Below, piece by piece: positions 10,028 to 22,869 of a DNA stretch of 34,668 nt. A program made the translations under genes and the position numbers. How positions within the stretch are numbered: the stretch's first letter is position 1; the number at the start of each line of letters is the position of its first letter. The notes under the pieces were generated by a model. That model worked only from the letters and a program-made list of their open reading frames with translations. It had not been told where the DNA came from and did not search any database. This DNA comes from Octopus bimaculoides (Eukaryota). The DNA lies in the NCBI RefSeq assembly GCF_001194135.2, contig NC_069006.1, positions 26,521,166 to 26,555,833 of the forward strand, read 5' to 3'.

Positions 10028-11039
10028 TCTAACGCCTTTTTTTGTTCATGGCTTGCGTGTCCTTCAAACTTTCCGTTTGCAACCCGGATGATATTTTGAA
10101 AGATAGCAATTTCATTTGGAAAAACTGAATTTGCATATTTTCATTCATAGAAGGTCAGAGTAGAAAGCAACACTTAATGTCCACCAAATGCTAACAACCG
10201 CTTAGCGCCATCAGATCGGCTGATCCACATAAGTAACTGGAAAGTTGTAGAAAATTCTAGAAAGTTCTTCAAAAAACCCGATTAGTTTGCATGTGGGGAA
10301 GAGTGTGAAAGGTCCAGTGATGTCTGCTGGTGTGTGAATGGGTTTGTGTTTGTCAGATGGGCTCAAAATAACTGAGATAGAGTTGGAGGAAATATAGGCG
10401 CTTGTTGACACTTCTAGCGAGAGACGTGCTTAAATGGCGGCAAATAAATTTCTAACTGGGTAAGGACATCGCGACTGAAACGACCAGTCACAAGTTTCAT
10501 TGTCATCATCTTATTATTAGAATTCACAACGGATAACAAGATCAAAGCAGCCAAATTTCCTTCAAATTATAGTCTATTAGCTTAAAACTGGAAGAACATG
10601 GAAAATGTAGCAATCCAAGCAAAAAAGAATGGATAATCAAGACTGGAGAGTTTGTGATCATGAATCTGCCCAATCAAAGAAGACCTGACGAAAACCTATT
10701 CACAACCCAATCGCCTAAACAACTCCGAAATGGTTTTACTTTATATCTTCATCTTTTATTTCTCCTTCCGCCTGTTCTCTTCTAACTTCTTTCTTTTCTT
10801 ATTCTCGTCCTCTTCATTTTGTTTATTTCCTTTATTCCCTTTTTTGTTTTTCGTTTTATTTTATTTTCCCTCATCACATCCCTGACAGTTTTTAAGAAAG
10901 TGAAAATGACACTATCGTCTGCTAAATCATTATTGCTGAGTTTTAATTGTCGCCATCGTTAAGATGAAGTTTCTCGCCTTTCTTTAGACTCCTTGTCCAA
11001 CTTCGGGATAAGAGCCGATGTATGTATGTTTGTGTGTAT

Positions 11040-11077
<38 letters not shown>

Positions 11078-11661
11078 GTTTGTCTATGTGTATGTATGTA
11101 TGTATGTGCTACGATCCCGCTCCATCCTTGTACAATATCCCCATTGTCCCATCGCTGCCGCCTCCACATCACATCGCCCTTATGTCGCCATTCCACACCA
11201 CAACTGCCACAGAGAAGAATCCATTATCAACGCCATCCACGGAAATCTGCGCCGTTCGTCCAATTAACAAAGAAGATTTTACTGAAAGAATGAAAAGCAA
11301 AAACAAATGTTTCTGACATTGGAATATTGGGAGTTCGAAGCATGAGGTGAACGAGCAGCAAACAAATAAATGAATATTTTTAAAATTATAATTTTTTTTA
11401 AACGGGATGACTTGAATAATTCGATACGTCTGTTTGATCAGAGATGACCTGGGGCTAAATTACAGCAACAACAGTATCAACAACAAGTGACAACAATAAC
11501 AACGTCATTGGTTAGGAAGGTTTCGTCAGCGAACGCAAAATAAATATTAAAAAAAAAGTCGAATTGACTGGAAGTGGGAACCTCAAACATTTTGGATTTT
11601 GGGAGTCATAGCAACATCTGTCTTTCACACACGCACGCACACACGGGTGTGCATGTATGTA

Positions 11662-11713
<52 letters not shown>

Positions 11714-11774
11714 AGAGAGAGAGATCTATATCTATCTATCTATCTCTGTTCATACATATATATGTATGTGTGTG

Positions 11775-12061
11775 TGTGTTTGTCCTCAACCATCGCTTAA
11801 CAACCGGTGTTAGTCAGTTTACCTCCCCGTCACGCAGTATGTATGTGTGTGTGTGTGTCTGTGTTTGTCGCCCCCACCATCGCTTGGCAACCGATGTTGG
11901 TGTATTTACGTTCCCGTAACTTAGTAGTTCGGTAAAAAAAAAAATAGCTAGACAATAAGTCTTACAAAGAATAAGTCCCCAGATCGATTCCTTCGACTAA
12001 AACCCCTTTAAGGCGGTGCTCCAGCATGGCTGCAGTCAAATGACTGAAACAAGTAAATGAA
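11775..12061 (+). mobile_element. SINE family B: truncated 5' body copy (11775-11830) followed by a full body copy (11855-12061)
   Basis: Two successive ACCATCGCTT...CAACCG starts separated by (TG)n; the second runs to CAGTCAAATGACTGAAACAAGTAAATGAAT. Confidence 0.88.
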
Positions 12062-12849
12062 TATATATATATACATACATAAATACATATACACACACAC
12101 ACATATACGTGTGTATGTACAAAGAGGGAGAGAGAGAAAGAGAGAGAGAAGAGAAGGAGCGAAAGCAGAAGATAAGAAAGGATGTTAGAGAAGGTGTGGT
12201 GGCTGTAAAATTAGGCACTTGTTATGATGAGTTGGGTCTGTGTTGGCACGTTTTCCAATCTGCTTCCGGCAGGTCGCCATTTTGCTGTTTGATCGTTCGA
12301 GATAGACATTAGATAGCTATTCATCGTTACGTTTGCCACAAATTCTTTTACGAAGAGAGCTACATCTAAGAAGTCTGCTATTTCTTTGCTAAATCTCTGG
12401 CATAAATCTTGCACGCAACAAACTTTGCCCTCATACAACACAAGAAGTCAGGGATTTTTTTTTACAAAGTTACGAAACGAAAATTTGAAGACATTCTCTG
12501 TCCGATTCACTGTGTAAACGAAATTATGTTTCTTATATTTTTTATATATGTATGTATGTGTGTGTCTATAATCTCCCTGCACATAAAAATGAGACTGGTG
12601 AAAGTTGAAATCCGAGTCAAAACTAATTCTTATAATAGTAAAATAGTATTGAGTCCTTTCTCTACCACCACTAGTATCAGTAAATATTTTTTTTTGTTAT
12701 TCCTTAAAATTCCTTTTAAAATACTAGTCCCTTAATCCGAAGAAACCCTGACATACACACATAGATAGATGTATATATTCAACTCTATATTTATCTATGT
12801 TGAGTACTTTTGCCTGTGGACATACGTAACTTGTTTGATCAGCATATAG

Positions 12850-12859
12850 ATATGTGTGT

Positions 12860-12934
<75 letters not shown>

Positions 12935-13507
12935 NNNNNNNNNNNNNNNNNNNNNNNNNNNNNNNNNNNNNNNNNNNNNNNNNNNNNNNNNNNNNNNNNN
13001 NNNNNNNNNNNNNNNNNNNNNNNNNNNNNNNNNNNNNNNNNNNNNNNNNNNNNNNNNNNNNNNNNNNNNNNNNNNNNNNNNNNNNNNNNNNNNNNNNNNN
13101 NNNNNNNNNNNNNNNNNNNNNNNNNNNNNNNNNNNNNNNNNNNNNNNNNNNNNNNNNNNNNNNNNNNNNNNNNNNNNNNNNNNNNNNNNNNNNNNNNNNN
13201 NNNNNNNNNNNNNNNNNNNNNNNNNNNNNNNNNNNNNNNNNNNNNNNNNNNNNNNNNNNNNNNNNNNNNNNNNNNNNNNNNNNNNNNNNNNNNNNNNNNN
13301 NNNNNNNNNNNNNNNNNNNNNNNNNNNNNNNNNNNNNNNNNNNNNNNNNNNNNNNNNNNNNNNNNNNNNNNNNNNNNNNNNNNNNNNNNNNNNNNNNNNN
13401 NNNNNNNNNNNNNNNNNNNNNNNNNNNNNNNNNNNNNNNNNNNNNNNNNNNNNNNNNNNNNNNNNNNNNNNNNNNNNNNNNNNNNNNNNNNNNNNNNNNN
13501 NNNNNNN

Positions 13508-13550
<43 letters not shown>

Positions 13551-13625
13551 GCACACACACACACACACATCTTGTGTGTATTTCTCTTTCTTTCTCACTG
13601 TATATGTATGTATGTATGTATAAGT
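12850..13625. repeat. (CA)n and (TA)n microsatellites flanking a gap (N 12935-13507)
   Basis: Directly visible. Confidence 0.95.
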
Positions 13626-13883
13626 AAACGAATGAGAAAAGTTGAAAGACTCCGTCTCCCGAGCAGAATCCGCTTCATTCTAATAATAACGAGTCCCATG
13701 TGTAAAAAACAACCCAAAACAAAAACAAAAAAGCTAGATGTGGATTTAATGGACTCGGCACCATAAAAATCTCCTTATTTGCAAAAGGCATTAATGTGTT
13801 GTAAGGGTTACTCCAGGTAAAACTTTACAACCGATCTCGCATCGAGCTCTGAAATGGCTTTCATTCGGCAGAAGTGTGTATGA

Positions 13884-13938
<55 letters not shown>

Positions 13939-14119
13939 TATATATACATGCACACACACGTATGTGTGTGTGTATATATATATGTATGTATGTGTGTGTG
14001 TATATACATATATATGTGTATGTATATAGATATACATAGCTAGACAGGTGTATGAAATATTGGTTATTATTTTTGTTTTTTCTGTTTCTTACTTTTAAAA
14101 TCTATTATTTCTTTAATTT

Positions 14120-14483
14120 ATTCTTTGTCATCATCTTCGTCATCATCATTATCTTCGTCATCATTGCCCTCATTAACACCATCACCACAGCCGCCCCTCA
14201 ATCAGTTCGATTATCACCATTGTTATCACAACTATCTCTACTGCTGCTGCGGCTGCTGCTGTTCATTACCGTTGTCCTCCTCCCTTATAATTATCATCAT
14301 CATCATCATTATTATTATTATTATTATCATCGTCATCACCATCACTGCTGTTGTTGTTCTAGTTGTTAGCATGCAGCATCGACCTGATAAGGTTTCCTTG
14401 GCATTTAATGCCTGAAATTACGAAAAGAGGGAGAGGAAATAGAAGAATGAGAAAGGAACAGGAAAAAACAAGAGTAAACAAGA

Positions 14484-14560
<77 letters not shown>
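14120..14560. repeat. Mixed (CAT)n/(TAT)n/(CTG)n low-complexity region and (CA)n
   Basis: Directly visible. Confidence 0.85.
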
Positions 14561-15047
14561 AAAAGTAGAGACGTGTAGGACTCGAGTTAATATAACGGAA
14601 TCTCGGAATCCAGCCCGAGACTTCAGCTTGTTTTTCTCGCGTGATAGAAGCGTCAGTTTTGAAAATATGCCAAAAAAATATATAATACGAACAAAAAATG
14701 CTGTCAAAAGCAAAAAAGAAAAAAACAACAACAGAAAAAAATCCAATGTGAAAGTAAAATTTGATTAAAGCTTGCACAGATGGCGCTGTAGTAGCTGTAT
14801 GTAAAATGGCGTGTGTGATATAATGGGTTGAAGTGTGCGAATTGGCGGTCGAGAGCTGACTCTGTAGTGGAGAACAGACGACATTTACATTAAGGAATCC
14901 AATCACATCTTCATAAATTCTTCCATCGCCTTCAATGTGATATTTAGATTCATAATTTTATCTCTTTTTCTTCTTTTCTTCTATCGTTCTACCTCCCATC
15001 CCTTTCCTACGTCTTTCACCTCTCTCTGCATGAATAGATACACATAG

Positions 15048-15071
15048 GTATATATATGTATGTGTATATAT

Positions 15072-15146
<75 letters not shown>

Positions 15147-15335
15147 CATATATATATATATGTATGTATGCATATATATATATATATATGTATGTATGCA
15201 TATATATATATATATATATGTATGTATGCATATATATATATATATGTATGTATGTATGCATATATATGTATATATGTATGTATATGCATATATGTATGTA
15301 GATATACACGTGTATATATATATATATATATGTAT
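15048..15335. repeat. Compound (TA)n microsatellite with higher-order unit (TA)n-TGTATGTATGCA
   Basis: The unit recurs about five times between 15136 and 15300. Confidence 0.95.
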
Positions 15336-15351
15336 TAAATTCGGTTAAAAT

Positions 15352-15529
15352 GTCTAACCGATGATGGTGTGTTTACGTCTCCATAACTTAGCGTTTCGGC
15401 AAAAAAGATCGATGGAATAAGTACTAGGCTTACAAAGAATAAGTCCTGGGGTCGATTTCTTCGACTAAATGCGGTGCACCAGCATGGCTGAAGTCAAATG
15501 ACTGAAAAAAAAAAGAATAAAAGAAAAAC
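15352..15529 (+). mobile_element. SINE family B 3' body
   Basis: AACCGATGATGGTGTGTTTACGTC...TAAGTACTAGGCTTACAAAGAATAAGTCCTGGGGTCGAT...GACTGAAA plus an A-rich tail. Confidence 0.92.
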
Positions 15530-15727
15530 GCAGAAGGCTTTGTAAATTACGGAGAGAAAGCTACAATAGAAAGCAGATAGTATTCTATTACTACTACTAC
15601 TACATAATAATAATATTAATGAGTATAATAATAATAATAATATGTATATATATGTGTGTATGTATATGTATATATATATATATATGTGTGTATGTGTATA
15701 TACTGTATATATATATGTGTGTATGTG

Positions 15728-15762
<35 letters not shown>

Positions 15763-16580
15763 TTATGAGTGTGTGTGTGTGTTTATGAGTGTGTGTGTGT
15801 GTATTTATTTATATTAAGGGAATTATTATACGTATCTCACGCTAGGAGGGACTCTTAAAGTTAAAACTACCATAATAAACACATTGTACCGAACGCAAGG
15901 GAATGCAACTCTCGAAGCGAGCCTTTTAAAAACAGATTCAGCTGCATATCATATGATTTCATAATTAGTGCACAAAATGCACTTTTTTAATCGTCGGTGC
16001 AAGCATAATCAAGACACATAAAATGAACAAAAGTCAACACACCAGACGAACACTAATTATTATTTTTATTGCATTTGTGTAACATTGTTCGTTTTTCTTC
16101 CGTCCTTGTTTTTGTATACATTCGCTGCTTTCTTCCAAAGAATCTAATGTTCTTAGCTTAGTTTGTCCTTGAGGCTGGCCAGATTGGAGCAATATCGAGA
16201 ATAACCAGCCGAAAGTGCACGGATAATCTGGATCTCGACTGAGGAAAGAAAACTCCGAATGACCTGTCCTTGTTTTCTTTGTATCGTCTGTCTGGATGTT
16301 TTATCACTTTCTTGTATCACCTAACTGTCTGGATGCTTTGCGTTCTTGTCCCAATTTGTGTTGAAGTATATTTTGTTGCGTCTGTGTGTGTGTGTGTGTG
16401 TGTGTGGGAGTCCTGTAGATAAATATGTATGTACATGGTCAAATAGATCTAGACGTATACATTGCTCTCTAGTTAGAATGCTCTTGGCAACCACATAGCT
16501 GCGACTTCAATCGCAATGAGTAGTATTTTGTGTATTCTGTTCTAGCTCCGAGATGGTGAATATCTTGTGAGTGAATGCTG

Positions 16581-16631
<51 letters not shown>

Positions 16632-17571
16632 TGTTCGTTGGTGATAACGAACGGGTGAAGATGTACTCAATATTGAAAGTCGAGTGACACAGTTTATTTA
16701 GGGCGACCCAGAGGAGATTTTAGCCTGGAGTTTCATTGATGCGTAGTCGGTTCTTTGGGTAGGGTACTTTGATAATGAGTACANNNNNNNNNNNNNNNNN
16801 NNNNNNNNNNNNNNNNNNNNNNNNNNNNNNNNNNNNNNNNNNNNNNNNNNNNNNNNNNNNNNNNNNNNNNNNNNNNNNNNNNNNNNNNNNNNNNNNNNNN
16901 NNNNNNNNNNNNNNNNNNNNNNNNNNNNNNNNNNNNNNNNNNNNNNNNNNNNNNNNNNNNNNNNNNNNNNNNNNNNNNNNNNNNNNNNNNNNNNNNNNNN
17001 NNNNNNNNNNNNNNNNNNNNNNNNNNNNNNNNNNNNNNNNNNNNNNNNNNNNNNNNNNNNNNNNNNNNNNNNNNNNNNNNNNNNNNNNNNNNNNNNNNNN
17101 NNNNNNNNNNNNNNNNNNNNNNNNNNNNNNNNNNNNNNNNNNNNNNNNNNNNNNNNNNNNNNNNNNNNNNNNNNNNNNNNNNNNNNNNNNNNNNNNNNNN
17201 NNNNNNNNNNNNNNNNNNNNNNNNNNNNNNNNNNNNNNNNNNNNNNNNNNNNNNNNNNNNNNNNNNNNNNNNNNNNNNNNNNNNNNNNNNNNNNNNNNNN
17301 NNNNNNNNNNNNNNNNNNNNNNNNNNNNNNNNNNNNNNNNNNNNNNNNNNNNNNNNNNNNNNNNNNNNNNNNNNNNNNNNNNNNNNNNNNNNNNNNNNNN
17401 NNNNNNNNNNNNNNNNNNNNNNNNNNNNNNNNNNNNNNNNNNNNNNNNNNNNNNNNNNNNNNNNNNNNNNNNNNNNNNNNNNNNNNNNNNNNNNNNNNNN
17501 NNNNNNNNNNNNNNNNNNNNNNNNNNNNNNNNNNNNNNNNNNNNNNNNNNNNNNNNNNNNNNNNNNNNNNN

Positions 17572-17609
<38 letters not shown>

Positions 17610-17620
17610 CCTTTCTTCTT

Positions 17621-17688
<68 letters not shown>

Positions 17689-17703
17689 GATAATAATAAT
17701 AAT
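17572..17703. repeat. (TAA)n and (CTA)n trinucleotide microsatellites
   Basis: Directly visible after the gap N 16784-17571. Confidence 0.95.
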
Positions 17704-19185
17704 AAAAATGCCCGGATGTTGTACCAGGCAGTGGCTCTCATGGCTTCTGATCTTAATTGATTGGAAGTGTTATCATGTACATTGTTTCGTCTTGGTATAA
17801 AAGATGGGTTTGGGTGACAGCAAATATTCTGCTCAATTCCATAGATTTGCTTGTCAGTTGTTTGACCTTAACCAGTTGAGCATGTCCCTTAGTGACTGAT
17901 GATATATGCATCTCTGATCACGAACAGAAGTAGTGGGGGAGCATCATAGCCATGTGTTGAGAGGAATTCTTTGGGGTTTGAATAATTCACTTCTGGAAAC
18001 ACGGGTGTTTTGCTCAACATCCTTAAACAAACCATATTCAGGGACCTTTTGAGTGGGATGGGCTACTCGACCTGAAGAAAATTCTAAGTGGGCCCTACCT
18101 GCAAGGTCATGCGCTGTTTCGGATCTATTTTAAAACGGGGGCGCCAGTATTTTCTTAACGAAACACTAACGAAACACTTTAAAACTTGGGACACTGGTAG
18201 AATGTGTCATATAAAACATCTTTTACTCTTAGTCTTCTTAACAAAAAAAGGAATTCGCAAGTTATTCCATGTAAAAGTTGTATTTCTGTAATTTCAACCA
18301 ATCACTGNNNNNNNNNNNNNNNNNNNNNNNNNNNNNNNNNNNNNNNNNNNNNNNNNNNNNNNNNNNNNNNNNNNNNNNNNNNNNNNNNNNNNNNNNNNNN
18401 NNNNNNNNNNNNNNNNNNNNNNNNNNNNNNNNNNNNNNNNNNNNNNNNNNNNNNNNNNNNNNNNNNNNNNNNNNNNNNNNNNNNNNNNNNNNNNNNNNNN
18501 NNNNNNNNNNNNNNNNNNNNNNNNNNNNNNNNNNNNNNNNNNNNNNNNNNNNNNNNNNNNNNNNNNNNNNNNNNNNNNNNNNNNNNNNNNNNNNNNNNNN
18601 NNNNNNNNNNNNNNNNNNNNNNNNNNNNNNNNNNNNNNNNNNNNNNNNNNNNNNNNNNNNNNNNNNNNNNNNNNNNNNNNNNNNNNNNNNNNNNNNNNNN
18701 NNNNNNNNNNNNNNNNNNNNNNNNNNNNNNNNNNNNNNNNNNNNNNNNNNNNNNNNNNNNNNNNNNNNNNNNNNNNNNNNNNNNNNNNNNNNNNNNNNNN
18801 NNNNNNNNNNNNNNNNNNNNNNNNNNNNNNNNNNNTCTAGAGTTAGGGTTAGTTTTAGGGTTAGGGTTACGGTTAACAGTCTAGTTAGGGTTAGGGTTAG
18901 GGGATTAATACGATATACACCGTTACAGCGCTAACTGTTTTCAACTGAATAAACGTCAGTGATTAGTAGAAATTATCGAAATAAGACAATTTTTTACATG
19001 AAATAAATTCGAACACAAAAATATTTTTCTGTTCTATAACACAAAATAGATAAGTATACGAAGTTTGAAAGTCTTTCCGTACCAAAAACACTACATAAAA
19101 CATAAATGAAAACTGGCGCCCCCGTTTTAAAATAGATCCGCTGTTTCTCTTGATATGAGATCACCATGTCACGCACCATATGCAT
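17700..19185. mobile_element. Probable unclassified interspersed repeat (17700-18120, resuming at 19140) interrupted by the MITE
   Basis: The sequence is continuous across the MITE TSD (GCGCTGTTTC / TCTTGATATGAGATCACC). That it is a repeat rests on my recollection of an abundant octopus sequence; no second copy is in the window. Confidence 0.45.
18121..19139. mobile_element. Non-autonomous TIR element (MITE, Merlin-like), copy 2, centre gapped
   Basis: Perfect 28-bp TIRs at 18121-18148 and 19112-19139; 8-bp TSD GCTGTTTC at 18113-18120 and 19140-19147; both arms homologous to 889-1458; TTAGGG-type array at 18836-18903 emerging from the gap N 18308-18835. Confidence 0.92.
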
Positions 19186-19279
19186 CAACCACTGAACGGG
19201 AGAAATATCCAGATTCCTGCGTCCTTACATTGATGACGGATTAGGAAACTTAGGTGCGAGAAGCGTTTTTAATTTCAAG

Positions 19280-19336
19280 ACAATGCCCCAGCATGGCCAC
19301 ACTCCAATGACTGAAAGACGTAAAAGAATTAAAGGA
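19280..19336 (+). mobile_element. SINE family B extreme 3' end fragment
   Basis: CCAGCATGGCCACACTCCAATGACTGAAAGACGTAAAAGAAT. Confidence 0.65.
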
Positions 19337-19539
19337 TTGAGATACACACACATTCACAGACCACATAAGTGTGTGTAAACATGTGCGCATGCGTGCATAT
19401 GAGTGTGTGCGCGTGTGAGTCAATTTTGGATCCTAGCAGCATCCCTCCCTGTCATCCCTGTATACACAAGAGACGCAGAGAAATCAATAGAATGCTACCC
19501 TTAAATACACACAGTCGGTCGTCTACCCTGACACCACCC

Positions 19540-19792
19540 TGCCACCGCCGCCGCCACTGCTCAGCCAAATCCAAAAACTTAATCAAGCTCGAAATACGAG
19601 AAACATCTTCCGATTCTTCATCGAAACTAATTGAATCACGGAGGCATCGACGACCACCACCACCACCACTGCTACAACTGCTACTTCACCTACACCATCA
19701 CTGCCGCCGCCACCACCACCACCTACTACTACTACTAATTAAAACTATTACTACTACTACTACTACTACTGCTACTGCTGCTGCTGCTACAT
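19540..19792. repeat. Mixed triplet low-complexity tract (GCC/CAC/TAC/TGC)
   Basis: Directly visible. Confidence 0.8.
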
Positions 19793-20090
19793 GCTTATGA
19801 ATATAGTTGTCAACTTTGTTGAGCCGGCGTTTGACAGATTAGACGTTCCAACTGTCATCATTCCAACATCGAAAGAGAGGATGGTCACAGTTACAGAGTT
19901 AACAACAGGGGGTCCATGAAGGCCCTTACCATTTTATCTCGTATTACGATGTGAATTCACATCAAGGTCATATCTAACTTCCACTATCCACCTACACCCT
20001 GGGGTCGGGACGTAACTACCAGTTCTATGACGTGATTTATTCAATTGGACACACGTGGGAGGTCAGGAGACATAACTGACTGTTGTGTTT

Positions 20091-20319
20091 GTTGCGAACT
20101 GGCAGAATTGTTAGCACGCCGGACGAAATGTTTAGCGGTATTTCGTCCGTCTTTACGTTCTGAGTTCAAATTCCATCGAGGTCGACTTTGCTTTTCATCC
20201 TTTTGGGGTCGATAACATAAGTACTAGTTGAACACTGGGGTCGATATAATCGACTTAATCCCTTCCCCCAAATTTCAGGCCTCGTGCCTACAGTAGAAAG
20301 GATTATTATTATTATTATT
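20091..20319 (+). mobile_element. tRNA-derived SINE family A, full-length copy
   Basis: CTGGCAGAATTGTTAGCACG (A box), GAGTTCAAATTCC (B box), body, and tail GTAGAAAGGATT(ATT)n. Confidence 0.92.
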
Positions 20320-20605
20320 TACTTTTATTATTGTTATTTACTTCTATAAGAGAAGCTTCTTATAGAAAAGACGTATTTTTTCAGTCTCTTCTCTCAGGCA
20401 CGTCATAATAAATTTTCTATCTTCTTGGCTTAACAGCATCTCACTCTTGTTTTTACTGTCTTGTTCTCATTCTCTTGTTCTTGTTCTCATTGTCCTGTTC
20501 TTGTTAACACTTCCACCCTCAGCAAATAATTCCAAATTTTATTTAATTTGCTTTGCGGGAAGGACTGTTCCAACGAAGTCGCATATTGTCCTCATATATA
20601 TATAT

Positions 20606-20640
<35 letters not shown>

Positions 20641-20757
20641 GTTGGTGAAGCTTCGAAGTCACTATTAGTTTGTAACAAAGATATTTTAATTCTAGTTCAC
20701 GTACTCAGTTCATTGTTCAGTTTGTTGTTTATTTATAATTAAAACACAAAACACACA

Positions 20758-20813
<56 letters not shown>

Positions 20814-21321
20814 GTCAATAGTAATGAAATCAAGAATCCGCAGCAGCAGCAGTAATCAACAATGGCTGTGGGAATATCTGACGGTGATATTGTCCCAGGT
20901 TCACAATGTCACACAGGGTCACAAGGTCAGTCTACTTGTGGAGCGACGATACTTGCTGCTGTCTATTGTCATCACTTCTCGCTCCACCTGTTTTCTCCTT
21001 CTCCTCCTTCTACTCTTCTTCACCAAAACGATCACAACTGATTGTTGAGGATTTAGGCCAGCTCTGATAATAAGAGCTGACCTGAGCAATGAAGAGCGAC
21101 GATCCAGGAGTCCAATACCTCGTATCTTTTCACACAATCACGTTCAAACATAGAAACAAGGAAATAAGCACTTCAACTTCTACCAGTTTTTAACTTGGTA
21201 TATAATTGTTTATTTTCATACATAAATATAGAAACATCTTCTAGAACATTGTTATTTTATAAGATTTTACTGGAAAATTTTTAAATTAACATTTATTTAC
21301 ATGAAAGAAAATTACCAGAGG

Positions 21322-21531
21322 GTAATTGCTAACTTTGCTCCAAAGGTATGAAGATTTGATGCTCGCATTTACCTCATCATCTTTCGTTCCCTTTGGAATG
21401 ACTTGGAGTGTTTGTCGAAAGTCGCCTGCAAGGAGTACTGTTAGACCGTCCATTAGCCTTGAGTTGCGCCTCAGATCTTGAAGTAATCTGTCAAGAGCCT
21501 CAAAAGTCCCCTTATGACTCATTGTCGCTTC
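21322..21531 (-). mobile_element. Helitron RepHel fragment, PIF1-like helicase domain
   Basis: NEATMSHKGTFEALDRLLQDLRRNSRLMDGLTVLLAGDFRQTLQVIPKGTKDDEVNASIKSSYLWSKV contains the Walker B-adjacent (D)EATM segment and the GDFRQ(T)LPVI motif III of Helitron helicases. Confidence 0.9.
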
Positions 21532-22869
21532 ATTTTTAACAGTTTATGTTTAATAAAAAAGAATTAACCCGAGTAAAACATATTAAAACTTTCAATTGTT
21601 TTTTTTTTCCCCCATACAATTTAACCTCGTGGAAAAATAGGATACTTTGGTTAAAAGCATGTGTTTTTGTCTTCGTAAATCGGTCTACGTTCAGTAACTT
21701 TTTGCATTTTTAAACAAGTCCCTCAGTTCTATGCTGAAGGAAATACATAAAGTTACATACTCCGAAGTGGACGACGACACGAGTGTATATACGATGTATG
21801 GATATGTTTGTAAGCAGTATGCATACATACATATATATATATGTATGTGTGTGTGTGTGTGTGTGTATGTGTGTGTGTGTGCGCGCGCGTGTGTACGTAT
21901 ATATATATAGTTAAAATCTTATTTTGTCCGTAGTCAAGAAAATGAGGAAATGATTTCTGCCGAGATGGGTGGGGTGGAATGCCGATACAAGGCTAACTTC
22001 ATTTTTGCCGAAAACAGAGAAAACCCCGTGGTTAGCTAAAAAAAAAGCAAGAAACACTGCTTTCCACCCCTTTCTCACTCTTTATGTTACACACACATAT
22101 GTATGCATGTATAAAAAGAGATAGGTTGGTTGATAAAATGGAGTGATATATTCTATCTTTACAAACACATTCTACACACCTAAGTATCTAGCTGTCCTAT
22201 TCCTTTCTGTGCACCCGAGGACATCATTCACGTATATTTCCGTTAGAGAAACTAAATGCGCCTGCGCAAAAAAGAAACAAAATAAAAATAAAAACTGTAA
22301 TAACGATAATAACAAGTCATCAAAAGAAGAAAAACAACAACAAAAGAACATGAAATGGATTTTTTTTTTCTTGATGGAGTTCTGGTGACGCATGTCTCTG
22401 ATTAACAGAGACGCCGTTCGAGAGAGATGATGTAAAGGAAGGTAAATCATCGGCCATTTTTCCATGTCAGGCGCCATAACTAACTTAGATCGTTGATGGT
22501 TTTTATTTTTAGGGGAACCTTTTTTGAATTCCTTCTTTTGGGTTTAGGATGAGAAAAGCATGTGGGGATAATTGGAAACAAGTTCGTTAGTTGAAGATAA
22601 ATTTATATATACGTATGTGTGTGTATGTGTACGTAATGTATATAAATATACACACACATACATACATATATGTATGTGTATATATATATATATGTATATA
22701 TTATTCTTTGTATTATTACACGTCCTATTTTACAAGTAAGTCTACTATTATTCTGACGTGACTATCNNNNNNNNNNNNNNNNNNNNNNNNNNNNNNNNNN
22801 NNNNNNNNNNNNNNNNNNNNNNNNNNNNNNNNNNNNNNNNNNNNNNNNNNNNNNNNNNNNNNNNNNTAT

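Noticed and set aside
12211-12441. 76-aa minus-strand ORF with a GTAACG donor-like site
   Set aside because: No recognisable domain, a poor acceptor and no partner exon.
16080-16380. Segment that feels like an abundant octopus repeat, with an internal CTGTCTGGATG duplication
   Set aside because: There is only one copy in the window, with no TIR, TSD or coding motif, so it cannot be supported or classified from the sequence alone.
21230-21260. CTAG near the Helitron fragment as a Helitron 3' terminus
   Set aside because: No GC-rich subterminal hairpin precedes it and it is not followed by T on the element strand.
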